Shown: positions 49,641 to 61,784 of the stretch, piece after piece
How the letters are laid out: each line of letters starts with the position of its first letter
How positions within the stretch are numbered: the first letter of the stretch is position 1
From: Antechinus flavipes
Taxonomy: Eukaryota
Reading direction: 5' to 3'
Assembly (NCBI RefSeq): GCF_016432865.1
Contig: NC_067402.1
Coordinates: 111,042,001 to 111,106,000 of the forward strand
Length of the DNA: 64,000 nt
Program-made: the position numbers and the translations under genes
The notes under the pieces: model-generated
What the model was told of the DNA's origin: nothing
What the model saw: the letters and a program-made list of their open reading frames with translations, nothing else
Databases searched by the model: none

Positions 49641-52411
49641 GTGTGAGCTCTCTCCTTTTTTTCCTCTTCTTCTCTCATCTCCTCTCTCATGTCCAGCTGT
49701 CTCTCTATTCTGTATATGTCTTACTCTTTCCAAGCATGGGCTTCTTTCTTTCCTTCACCTCTCTCTTTCTCAGTCTCTGTCTTCTCTGTCTCTCTGTCTC
49801 TTTGACTCTTGAACATTCTTAGTTTCTTAAACTTCTCTCTTTATACCCAGAGATTGGCCCCTCATCATGTCTTGCACCCCAGCATTGAAGAAACATCCTA
49901 TTGTCTCTTAAATCCACATATGAAATTGCAGGCCTCTGTATCTAGGCATGCTCTCTGGAGTTTTATTGCTCCACCTTTCAATCTCGAGCCTCTCTCTGGT
50001 ATTGTCACAATTGGGTGGGGGCCTCCCAGCATTCTTCTTTGGACCAGAGAGCATTTGTTATTTTCTCTTTTGAAATGTTTTTAAAAATAAAAAGCATGCT
50101 ACAGACATATAAGGTGTTCTAGTCAAATTCAAAAGAGAGGGCAATGAGAATTGGTATTTATTTGTGGATGGGAAATAAATAAGAGAAGAATAATTAGAGA
50201 GTGTGAGCAAATTTCTCTATGTACCAAATGTGGTATTGTGGAAAGAATACTAGACTGGGAGTCTAAAGACTTGGTTCTCATCCTAACTAGCTGGGTGATT
50301 TTAGGCGAGTCAAATCACCTCAGTTTCCTCAAATGTAAAGTGAGGGGGTTAATAGAATAGGTGAGCTTCTAGCCCTAAGATTCTATGGTTTTTTAAAGAG
50401 AAAGAAATGTGAACTTCAAGAAGAGGCTGGGTAACCTGAATCTAAAAACTGTGCCACGGTCTTTGAATTTAATTCCAAAGCCCCAAAGGAATCCTAGGTG
50501 AGGAGTTGAGGAGCCTCTGAAGGAGTACTTTGTCAAGAGCTTTATAATGTGCCTGATGGTTATCTTGCCAGTTGCTGGTCTGCTTTCCATTCCCAACAGT
50601 GGCATTTGATGCCTCTGTATGGTATATTATAGACTAATTAAGTCAGTTAATGATAAGGACACTCCAGTAAGCAATCTAAAGTATTCTCCTGCTCTATCTC
50701 TGTCACCCTCCTTTCATCAGGCCATTAAGGTGACAGGCTTAATGGAACATAGCAATCTCCCCCTCTGCTAGCTTCTACTTTCTCTACCTCATGGAGCAGG
50801 GAGTCCTGGGAGGTGATAAGCTAGATGGAGATGTAACTGCAAGGCTGGTCCAAATAAATTCTTGTTTTCCTGCCCTACATTCACAGCTTGATCAACCCCT
50901 GAGATATTTCTGTAGGAGGAATTCTTTTCCTTTTCATATCAGGATATAGAGAAGCCAGATAAATGATGGAAGGCCAGTACTTTGGCCTGGATGCTCAGTT
51001 ATCAAAGGGTTCCCAAGGGGATATTGCAGCTAAAGGCAATGTAGGGTAGGGGGCAAAATACTGACTGGAAAGTAACAGACCTGAGTTTTAGTCCTAGCTT
51101 TGCTTTTAAGAAGGGCTTTACTGGACTTAGAATGAAGATAAATTCAGTTCAAATTCTTCCATAGATACTTATGTATAAGTATCCTTGGTTGTACTGGGCA
51201 AGTTTAATCTCTCAGGCTCGGTTTCCTCATCTGTTAAGTGGGCATAATAATAGCATCTGCTTCATGGGGTTGTCACATAGGTGAAGTGCTTCTTAAACCT
51301 ATTAGCGAGTATTAAGTAGCTAGCTGTGAGACCTCCAGCAGATTACTTTACTTCTCTGAGCCTCATATTCTGCCTCTGTAAAGTGAAGAGATTAAATTAG
51401 ATGGAGTCAAAGTTACCTCCAGCTTTATTCTTCTATATACTGTGATTCCAGGCAAGGTATATTTCCAATGCCCAGGACCCAGGACAGCTCTATTCATCAG
51501 CTCAATCTGTAGTATTAAGTGTCCTCCTTCCCTAATTAATCAAGGAGATATTGTAAAAGAAACTAGGAGAATATTTGGGAAGCTGTACCATAGGCAGACA
51601 CAAATCTCCTTTTGTTTTCCCAAGCATCAACCTTTTCTCTGAGTTAATCACTGCCATTCTGGCCCTGCTACTTCTCACAGCCCCAGCTTCAGAGATGCTC
51701 AGGAGCTAATGTCTAAGTTAGGGCTGGGAGACACTACAGAGCACTTCATCTTACCAGAGAAGGGATCCAGAATAAACTCCATGGATCTGTGCAAAGGCTG
51801 AAGACTGGATGGGGAGGGGGTTTGGTGGAGAAGGATAGTGGGGGAGGAGAAAATAGTCTCCATCAGTCCACATGTAACGTACATCCTTTAGCTCTTAGAC
51901 ATTGATCTGTCATCTTTAATTTTGGATGGAGACATACATATTGTACACTCCTTCAAACCACAAATCAACCACTTTTTTTGTCTTCCTCCTCTTTAAATCT
52001 ACCATGAAGGAATTATGGTGGCTGGGGACCATCCATTTTACTGGCACCAGAGCTGAAGAGGGGCTGGGATAACAAATGTTCCATTAGAGAAAAGTAATGT
52101 ACTACACTGAATGGAGATGTGCTTTCCAGGTCACCCAGTTCCTTTAATGTTGGAGAGGCAGGAAGCATTTGAGCCGATCAGAGGGGGAAGAAACTATCAA
52201 GGAGGTAGATGGAGTTGCATGGAGGGCATCTGGTAACCTAGCCAATCCTGGACTTCCTCAGGAACAGGGACCGCCTGTCTCTTATTGCCTCAATAGCAAA
52301 CCACAGTAACCAAGTCTGGCTTTAAACTTCCAGGCTTGTTGTTTGTTCTAGAAAAACATAAAGCAAATAATTTATTAGTGTCTGGAAGTGTTATTTAAAA
52401 ACAAGAAATCA

Positions 52412-52545
52412 GGGGGAGGTAGGTGGTGCTGTGGATACAACACCAGCACTGAAGTCTAGAGGACCTGAGTTCAAATCTAGCCTCAGACACTTACTAGCTG
52501 TGTGACTCTGGGCAAGTCATTTAACCCAGATTGCCTAAAAAACCA
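52412..52545 (+). mobile_element. WSINE1-like SINE
   Basis: ggggaggtaggtggtgctgtggatacaacaccagcactgaagtc...ttaacccagattgcctaaaaaa. Confidence 0.8.
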
Positions 52546-55500
52546 AACAAGGAATTGAAATGGTGCAGTGGGTTGAGCATTTGACCCTTTTTGTTGGTTA
52601 ATGTGCTTAACTTCTCAGACCTCAGGTTTGTCATTTATAGAATGAGAAGGATAGAAAGATTTTTTTAAAGCCTCCCAGAAATACCCACAGATCACTTAAT
52701 TAGCAGTAACTAGGAATTGGAAAGGGGATTTCCAGCCAGGCATCCCTAAATGATGTAATGCCCCAGTGTGATTATAACAGTGATTGGAAGAAATAACTTC
52801 TTAATAAAGATCTTTCCACCTGAGTCTGTGGCCCTGGGACTTGGGCTGGCATAAGTCAGGGAAAGATGCCTTTTTCACTTTTGCCTCTTTGAAGACTCAA
52901 TATAGGAGTTTGACTTGTGGCAGAGAGAGAAGTTTGTCGAGGAGCATTTAGTGATTATGAGGTACCCCTTGCTGTTTTGTGGTTGGTGGAGAATACAATG
53001 TCATGTTAAGAGTTTTTGGTGAGATCTATCTGACTCTGTTTCCCTATCTGTAAAATGTGGAAGCTGGACTAGACGGCACTGTGGTCCTTTCGCACTATAC
53101 ATCTGGGATTCATTATGAAAATCATACCATGATCCTAAGTCATTTGACCCCTTCACCTCTGAGGTTACTTATCTGTAAAATGAAGGGAGTAGACTAGAAT
53201 ATTCCTAATGTCTCTTAAATCTAAATACTACAATTGAACATCAATACCTGAAATAATTCTAGATCAATAGAAAACAGAAGAGGAAATGAGATACAGTAAA
53301 AAGCAGACTAGTCTTAAGAGTCAAGGTAGCTATGTGACCTTGAACAAATCACTTAACCCCAAACTTACTGAGTTTGTATATTATTGTATATTGTATTATT
53401 GTATTACATTTACATATTGTATATATTAGATTTGTGACCATAGGCAAGCCATTTATCTTTCTAAGACTGAAAATTATAAAATCATTCATTCATTCAATCA
53501 GCAAGCATTTATTAAGCACCTGCTATGAACCAGACACTGTGTTAGATTCTGGGGATCCACAGATAAATATGAAGTAGTACTTGTTTCTAAGGAGCTTACA
53601 TGCCATAGCAGAGATAACATGTACATAGATAAAGAAGAAATACAAAATAAAAAAAGCTCTCTTTCTAGGGAGAGAGGGTACTAGCATTTGTGTGTGTATG
53701 TGTGTGTAGGGGTCAGAAAAGGCTTAATATGGCAAATGAGTCAAGTATTGAAAGAGGTAAGGGATTCTGTAAAGTGAAGGAAGCAAAATCCAGCCATGGA
53801 AGGCTAAAAGTACAAAACTTCAGAGAAGGGAGATGGGGTGTAATGTGTTCTGACAAGCAAGAATTCTGATTTGCAGAGATTGTAGTGGGCAGAAGGGGAG
53901 TAATGTAAAGTAAACCTGGAAAAGCAGGTTGGAGCCAGATTGGGAAGGCAAAACAAGTTTTTGATATGTATCAATTGAGTGAGTTTCCATATTGGAAATT
54001 CCCTACAGCAATGAAATCCTTCTGGACCTGCCTTGCAAATATATCTATACTTATATCACCTACATTGAAATCTATTTTTATATTTACACTTACATTTATT
54101 TCTATATCTTTATCAACACCTTCATCTACATCATCTATAGTTATATCTATATCTGTATAATCTATTTCCATAGCTATCCATATTTGTTCAGTGTCTATAT
54201 GGGTATATCTAAATATAGTGATTTTTGATATTATTATCAATAAAGTGATATGTGATCATTCATCTATTTCTTATAGATCTCTTCTTATAATCTTTATACT
54301 TATAATCTCTTCAAAAGTTTGGTTCAGATCTTTTGTGCTAAAGTAATTCAGAGTGAGTCTCTATATTGTTTTTCCACTTTTTCTCATCCATTGAAGGAAC
54401 TTTGCATGCCCACAGGCAGTCTCCTGAGAGGACAGGTAACAGTCCTCCGAGAGTCTGACTTCATATTTTCTTGCTTGACTCTTCATGAATTTCCTGCTAG
54501 AAGTGAGTTTGGAGAGAAAATGCTACAAGGGGTACTCTGGAGATCTTCTCTCATCTCTGCCTAGAGATTCCCTTACCTTGGCATTAAGATTAAAACCTGT
54601 TGGATTTAATGAATTACAAGAGAGTTGTAGAATTTTAGGTCTGGGAGGGATCATAGAAATCAGTGCAATCTCCACATTTTACAGATGAAGAAACTGAGAC
54701 CCCAGAGAAATTGTCATTTGTTCAAGATCACAAAGGCTCACTAAACAGAACACAGGCTTCCTACTCCCAGACCAATAATCTCTAATTCAACACCTATTCA
54801 TCAAGTGACTAATGAATGTGAGGAACTATGCCCGGCATTAGTGATAAAAAAAAATGAAACAGTCGTGGATCTCAGGGGAACTATGTCTGTTGGCAGGTAT
54901 ATTCTGAACATAGGTAGGATTTAAGATAGAAGGTGAAAAGAATAAATTGCTCTCTAAATATTTGAGGATGAAGGGTAGATTAATGCCTAGGGTGATTAGG
55001 GAAGACTTCATAGAGGAGACGGTACCTGGGCCTTGAAGGAGAAATAAGATTCCGAAAGGTACAGAACAAGAGGTTGTGCATTTCAGGCATGTCTTATAGC
55101 TTGTGTAAATTCACAGAGCATAGAGATGCCTTGTTGAGATGGGCAGCAGAGAGTTGTCCAACTTAATTGGAACAGAGTACGTGAAAGAGAAACTTGGAAA
55201 AGTAGTTTGGAGCCAGACTGCCAGATTAGAGAGTTTGTGTTTCATTCTAAATGTGGTAGGGAGCTAAACTAAAGGTTTCTGAGTAGGTGGGTCACATGGT
55301 CAGATTTTGTATTTTGGGAAGATTATTTTATAGGAGGATGGTTTAGAGAAGGATGAGCCTGTACCAAGGAGACCAATTAGGAGGATGCTATTACAATAGT
55401 TCAGGTAATAGATGATGAAGTTCTTCAATAGTGGTCCTGAGAGTGAACAGGGACACATGGGAATTGCATTCCATAGTCATTTCCACATCTGAAATGAAAA

Positions 55501-56324
55501 TCCAGCACAGACCATCTCTATTTTGTATAAATAGCTGGGTCATTGGCTCTAACCACTGAATTCTCCGTCTCCTGATTGGCTGATGGTAGTCTCTTGGGAT
55601 CTACTCTGTTCACTGAATAGTACATCTCACTGATGTGATTATGTAAATCTATACTCTAGGAATGCCATGTAACATTGTATTTCCTCTGCTCCCAAGAAAT
55701 TTAAGCACTTTACTAATAGTATCTATTTCCTCCTTACATTTTCCTCTAAGGAAGGGCAAAGGAGTAATGAGCATTTAGTATTAATATGGTCATATGTATC
55801 TCTCTTTTGGCCCTTTGCCCATTCTGACTTATTTGTGTCCAAGTCTTATCTTCCCATGTCAAATTTTAAGTGATGTGAGGCAATGAATTAAGTTGTATTC
55901 CTCCTTGTGTTTCTTGAAGTGTCTAGCTTTCCATGAAGTAGATTTTGGAATTGTAACTAGTGTAGGGCGAAGAGGGCTTTCTTGATGGTACCAAGGGGAA
56001 TGTTTCCCCTCTTATGCCCCTGTATTATCCTGTACTGGGAAGCAGCAACACTTGCATACATATAGTCAACAGCAGAAATTGTGCCAGGGGCCGGCCTAGC
56101 ACTGGAGAGAAAAGAAAGACGAACAACAAGTTCCTGTTCCTGCAGTCAAGGAGCTCACAGTCTAATGGAGGAGACAAGATGCAAATAATTAGGCACAGAC
56201 AAGAAAGATGTATACCTGAAAAATTAGAGATAAACTTCAGAGGGAAGGCACTAACATTAAGGGAGATTAGGAAAGACTTGTAGTAGGTGGGGTTTTTATC
56301 TAGGACCTAAAGGAAAATAGAAAG

Positions 56325-56570
56325 CAGCTAGGTGATGCATTGGATAGAATGCTGGGCCTGGAGTCAGGGAGACTAAATTTCCTGAGTTTTTAATTGATTT
56401 CAGACATTTACTCAGATCCTGGACAAATCATTTCATTCTGTTTGCCTCAGTTTGCTCATTTATAAAATAAGCTGGAGAAAGAAATAGCCAACCACTCCAG
56501 TCTCTTTGTCAAGAAGACCCCAAACAGAGGTCATGAAGAGTCAAAAAGGCTGAATAACCAACTAAATAAC
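56325..56570 (+). mobile_element. MAR1-like SINE
   Basis: gcagctaggtgatgcattggatag...gctggagaaagaaatagcaaccactccagtctctttgtcaagaagacccc. Confidence 0.8.
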
Positions 56571-56685
56571 AGAAAGGAGCCAGTATAGCCAAGGGGCAGA
56601 AGTGAGGAGGTTGGAATTTCCAGGCGTGAAGAAGAGTCCATGAAAACTCATAGAGCTGTAAATAATACTCTGTGAACCTCCAAAA

Positions 56686-56900
56686 CAGGGGTTCTTAATC
56701 TTTCTTGTGTGTGTCATAGATCCCTTTGGCAGCCTGGTGAAGATTAATACTACTGTAGTTTATTGCTTATTCTCATAATTCAGGGAAAAGCTAAGTTTGT
56801 GTTAAAAGTTCATGAAAATAAAGATGTCATTTTTTTCCCCCATTCAAGTTGACAGACCCCCCTGAAATCTACTCACAGAAATGTGAGGATGAGAACTCCG
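56686..56900. mobile_element. MER103C-like hAT remnant (internally deleted)
   Basis: caggggttcttaatc...gatccctttggcagcctggtgaag...aatactactgtagtttattgc...gaaaataaagatgtcattttttt. Confidence 0.6.
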
Positions 56901-58229
56901 GATTCAAAGCATTATCTAAATTAGAATGATTATTTTTGGCACAGAAACCATGTATATAGGGGGTGGGGGGTGGGAGGATGGAGGCTCAGCACAAGCAAAG
57001 GCCAGCTCCCTCCCAGATGTGGAAAGAACTGAATCAGATGAGCCTCCGCCTGGAGTGTTCCCTTGATTTGTATGCCTGTGTGGACTTGGCTTTATCTGAG
57101 GCAGGAGGGAGGGGGAGCTGATAGGTTTTTTTCTGATAATTGATGCCCCCAGACAAAGGGCACAAATAGCATCTGGGAACATTGTGTGGCTCTCTCTTCA
57201 CATAGGACATGGGAGACTTCATGCTAGTGGGCTGTGGGTAGCCAAGGAAGCCTTGGCTTGGCTATGGTCCCTGTTCCCTCCTCTGTCAATTTCTACGTGA
57301 CAACTATAGACTTGGAGACCACACTTCAATTACGCACGCAGCAGGTGAAGGATGCGTGAACCGAGGCCATCACGTCGAGATCAAGGAGGTAATTCATCCT
57401 CTTTATACCACCTAGGACTGAGGGGCAGGTGGGTAGGAGGAGGGCAACCATGCATACAGATTGTGACTCTGGACTTGGAGGAGAGAGCCAAGCAGAGCTA
57501 AGAGCAAAGCTGATGATAAAAGGCTTTGTAGGAATGGACTCCCAGGGCAATCTAATCTCTGCATTTATCTGGCACCTGTCTTTGTCATTCCAGGCTATTT
57601 CAGCACGAAACAATAACACCTGTCTTGATCCCCTAGTTTCTTTGGGTCTGAATCAGTGGATTTTGTTGTTTGTTTGTTTGTTTTGTTTTACAGCACTATT
57701 CAAACACCAGCAGGAAGGGACTGAGTCTCTACCCCAGTTTAATCTCCCTGGTCACTTAGAGATTTAAGGGCAGAGAGCCCTCTTGGCTGATAACCCTCCT
57801 CTTGTATCTGAGCAAGGGTATTAGGGAGGAAGGGGTCTATATGGAATAAAGGGGAAAGTATATTTTAGTTGTTTGACATTGGTATCATTAAGATTTCCAG
57901 TGATAATCAGAACCTTGAGTTAGACGGGGGAAAAAATTTATAATTTAGAATGTAAGCTCCTTGAGGGAAAAGATGGTTTCATTTTTATTTGTCACCCTTA
58001 GCTTCTAATACTGTGCCTCACTTACAACAGTCTATTAATAAATATATAGAGAGATTGATTATGGCAAAGGGTTGGAGAGCAGGATTTGGAACCAGAAAGA
58101 TCTGAATTTAAATCTTGTTTATCTGCTTCACAAGGTGGTTGGGAGGCATAAATAAGATAATGCATGTAAAGTGTTGGTATACTTCAAAACTCTATATAAA
58201 TGGGAGTAGTTAATTAAGGTCATCTGCTG

Positions 58230-58470
58230 GAGGAGCCAGATGGCACAGTAGAGAGACTCATCTTCCTGAGTTCAAATCTGGCCTCAGACACTAGCTGTGT
58301 GACCCTAAGCAAGTCACTGAGTTAGGCTCAGTTTGCTCATCTGTAAAAAGATCTGGAGAAGGAAATGGCAAATCACTTCAGTATCTTTGTTAAAAAAAAA
58401 AAAAAAAGAAACAAACTCAAATGGGGTCATGGAGAGTCAGACATAATTGAAAAAAATGACCCAATAACAT
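58230..58470 (+). mobile_element. MAR1-like SINE
   Basis: ttcaaatctggcctcagacac...ctggagaaggaaatggcaaatcacttcagtatctttg...aatggggtcatggagagtcagacat. Confidence 0.8.
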
Positions 58471-58807
58471 TATCTGAAACCAGAGAAAGGAGCAGAAGGT
58501 GATTAGCACAGTCCTTGGCACATGGTACTGTAGCCCCTTTATATATACTAGTTGTATTACATTGAGTTGAATCAAATTGGAAGGAAGAATAATATAATCT
58601 CTGAATCTGAATTCTGTCAATAAGTGACTCGCTATGTCACTTTGGCCCCTCTATGGATACTTATTAAGAGAGAGAGAGACAAGGCTGACTTAAGATCAAG
58701 AGCAGAACTGGGACAGTGGAAAGAAAGATGGATTTGGATTCTAATCCCAGCTCAGACACTTGTCATCTGTGTGATCTTTAGCAAGCTGGACCCTAGCTTC
58801 TTTAATA

Positions 58808-59000
58808 AGGGCTTCTTAACCTGGGCTTGTGAACTTGTATTTTTAAAAAACAAACATATTTTGATCACTATATTTCAATATAACTTTTAAAAATCCTACA
58901 TATTTTATTTTATGCATTTAAAAACATTTTTTTTTCCCTGAGGAAGGGTCCATAGGCTTTCGCAAATTGCCCAAGGGGTCCATGACACAAACAAAGTTAA
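58808..59000. mobile_element. MER103C-like hAT MITE
   Basis: agggcttcttaacctggg...ttttattttatgcatttaaaaaca...gggtccataggctt...ggggtccatgacacaaacaaagttaaaaac. Confidence 0.65.
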
Positions 59001-59953
59001 AAACTGCTTGTCAATTAAATGAAGGTGCTGATGATAATAACAGCTGACATTTCTATAGCATCTATTATGTGCCAGGCAGTATGCTAAGCACTTTATAATT
59101 ATTATATCATTTTTATTATATATTATTATATTATACATAATATATATATATAAATAATATATTATTATATCATTTGATCCTCACAACAAATATGGCAGAT
59201 AGGTTCTGTTATTACTTCAATTTTACAGATGAGAAAACAAGAGAGGTTAAGTGACTTGCCCAATTAAGCTTACAGTTAGTAAGTGTCTAAGGTCACATTT
59301 GAACTCAGATCTTATTGACTATCCACTTCACCACCTTAGGACCTTAAATGATCCCTATGCTCTCTTCTCCCTCCAAAGCCAGTAATCTCATAACAAAATT
59401 GATGACAGGGTTTCAACTTATATTTATCCACTTGTATTGTTGTTACATTTAGGAGAGAAAGAATAACGCTGAATGGTTAAGGGCTCCCAAGGTCTACTCC
59501 CAGCCCACTCCCAGCTCAGTGATATCACCAAAGGTCACCCAATCCTGAAAGACCTATGAAATTCACTTGCTTGGGGAGAAGATGCAGTCCAATCTATTCA
59601 GTCCCTCAGTAACTGTTTCCAGCCAATCCCTGGGATTTCTCCTTCTCTTTCTTCAAATTCGATGGCTTCCTTTGACCTGTTAGCTGTCCCTTCCACTTTC
59701 AGAAGACTCATATGGTTTCTGGCTCTAGGAGAAATGCTTCTCAATATCCAACTTGCTCTCCAACTCTTTGAGTCACAGAGCAAACATCATCTTATTATAA
59801 ACTTATAGGCTGGTCCTATCCTAGTATTAGACAGGAGTTTTTTAGTAAGAGCTTTTTTGTCCCTGTTATCCTATCATTGAATCACTCAAGAGATGAGATA
59901 CCTAAAATTTAATTAGAAGAATCTTCTATAGAAAAAGTTTCTGAGAACTTTTG

Positions 59954-59981
59954 AGAACTCAGAGTCCAGACTCTGAGTTCT
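59954..59981. repeat. Perfect 13-bp inverted repeat with a 2-nt spacer
   Basis: agaactcagagtc-ca-gactctgagttct. Confidence 0.9.
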
Positions 59982-61215
59982 AGACAAGACTTCTTACCAG
60001 AGAGTTTTTGAAATGTCCCAGAAATGTATTCAAAGTTCCCCTTTATTCATTGCTTCTAAGTCCAATGACTTAGTACTTAGAAAATTACAAGATTGTTATC
60101 TTGTAAGAAGAAGAAAGCTTAATAGTTATTTAATCTAGTCAATTCATAAATAAGGAAACTGAAGTTTAGAGAGATTAAGTGATTTGCCTGTGGTTCTATA
60201 GATAGTAAGAGCTGAGACTCCAATTCATGTCCTCTGAGATTTTTTGACTTCAAAAACCCAGTGGTCTTTTTCCAACAACACACTTGCACGCTCATATTTA
60301 CCTGGCACTTTTAAGTTTATAAGACACTTTCCTTGTAATAAACCTATGAAATGATTAGGATTAAGTATTATTAATATTATTTTCAGATGAGGAAATTTAA
60401 GAATCACAGAGGTTAAAAGAGCTGTCTTCACATCCAGGTGTTTCCGTTCCAGGTTTGATGCTCTTCCCAGAGCCTCCTGCTGCCTTCCTTTTGAGAGGCA
60501 TCCAAGCATAATGGATAGATTGCGGGACCAAGGAAGAAGGCCTGAATTTAAATCTTGTTTTATTTACTAGCTTACTGGCAAGTCACTTAAGCTTTGTGGG
60601 CTCCTCATCTGCAAACTGATGGGGACTGCACTAGACTAAGGTCCACTTCTAAATCTATGATCCTATGCTATCAAACCTAAAACAGAAATATAAGAGGTGT
60701 GTGTGTGTGTGTGTGTGTTCTGGTTTTATGCAGTATATGTTGAATCTTGAGAGTTTTACAACAACCATGCACTTCAGCTCATGCCCCTACCCAGGGTTTT
60801 ATCTGAGAACAGCAGAACTTGGCTCATGATTAGGTTTCCATAACAAAGAGAAAGGGTCCATGCAAACACTAAGGCAAACATAATATTGAACATAGGACAG
60901 GCTTTATTTAACTCAACAAAAATGTGAAAGACTCATGCTCAAGTCCATATACAGTCAAGACAGCTCTTCTTCCCTTTGTTAGGGGCCTCCCATCTTCCCT
61001 GGGGAATTGTATGTTTTCCAGATTTATAGGACCACTCTGTGTGGGCCTTCTCCTTTTTCCCCTCTCCCTCCCAAAAAAGAGTTCAGAGTTGCTAGATATT
61101 CAATTAATGCACTTTTCTGGTAAGCCCCAGAGATCTATATAGTTCTCTAGGTTCATAGGACATATATAGTCATCTAGTCTTACCCTTCATCCTCTTCTCT
61201 TCCTACCTCAGCAAA

Positions 61216-61216
61216 A

Positions 61217-61298
<82 letters not shown>
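61216..61298. repeat. Compound (CA)n(GA)n microsatellite
   Basis: Read directly. Confidence 0.95.
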
Positions 61299-61300
<2 letters not shown>

Positions 61301-61603
61301 CTCACATAGGGAAAAAGAATTTAGTGCTATTACATAGTTAATTCCTTTTTTTCAGTGCCTGCATAATCCACTTAACTCATAGTCTGTGAAAGTCAAAATT
61401 CACATCTCAGCTAGAGTTGTCTCTTGCTTGGTACAGATATTCTTCCCAAACCAGGGGCAGAAGTCAGAGTGTAGGTGCTCCATCATTGCTTTGCTTCTGC
61501 CATTGTTACTCCACTTTTCCTAGAGATTTTGAAACTTCTGAATTGATCTAACAATGACCTATCCCTTTGTTGCTCTAATCTCTAGGGCAAGGTAATTCAT
61601 TGT

Positions 61604-61784
61604 TTTTTTTTTTTTTTAAGTTTTGCAAAATTTTTATTATTTTATTTCATTTGATATTCACAACAAATTTTGAGATAGTTGCTTTTTTTTTTACTGTTTT
61701 TTTTATTTTTTGATTCTTTTTTATTGAAGTTTTTATTTTCAAAACATATACAAGGATAATTTTTCAACAATGACCCTTGAAAAG
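61604..61784 (-). mobile_element. Severely 5'-truncated L1 with extra 3' sequence and a second poly(A) (candidate 3' transduction)
   Basis: 14-bp TSD aggtaattcattgt at 61590-61603 and 61785-61798. The L1 terminus (about 61717-61784) matches the reverse complement of the L1 end at about 40650-40710. Confidence 0.75.

Noticed and set aside
52906-52961. Peptide EFDLWQREKFVEEHLVIMR, phase-compatible with the 57310 candidate
   Set aside because: Weak donor (G|gtaccc), and the joined peptide matches nothing I recognise.
57326-57400. Minus-strand ...ASFTCCVRN resembling a B7/butyrophilin Ig C-strand
   Set aside because: Immediately followed by a stop, with no rest of an Ig domain or splice sites.
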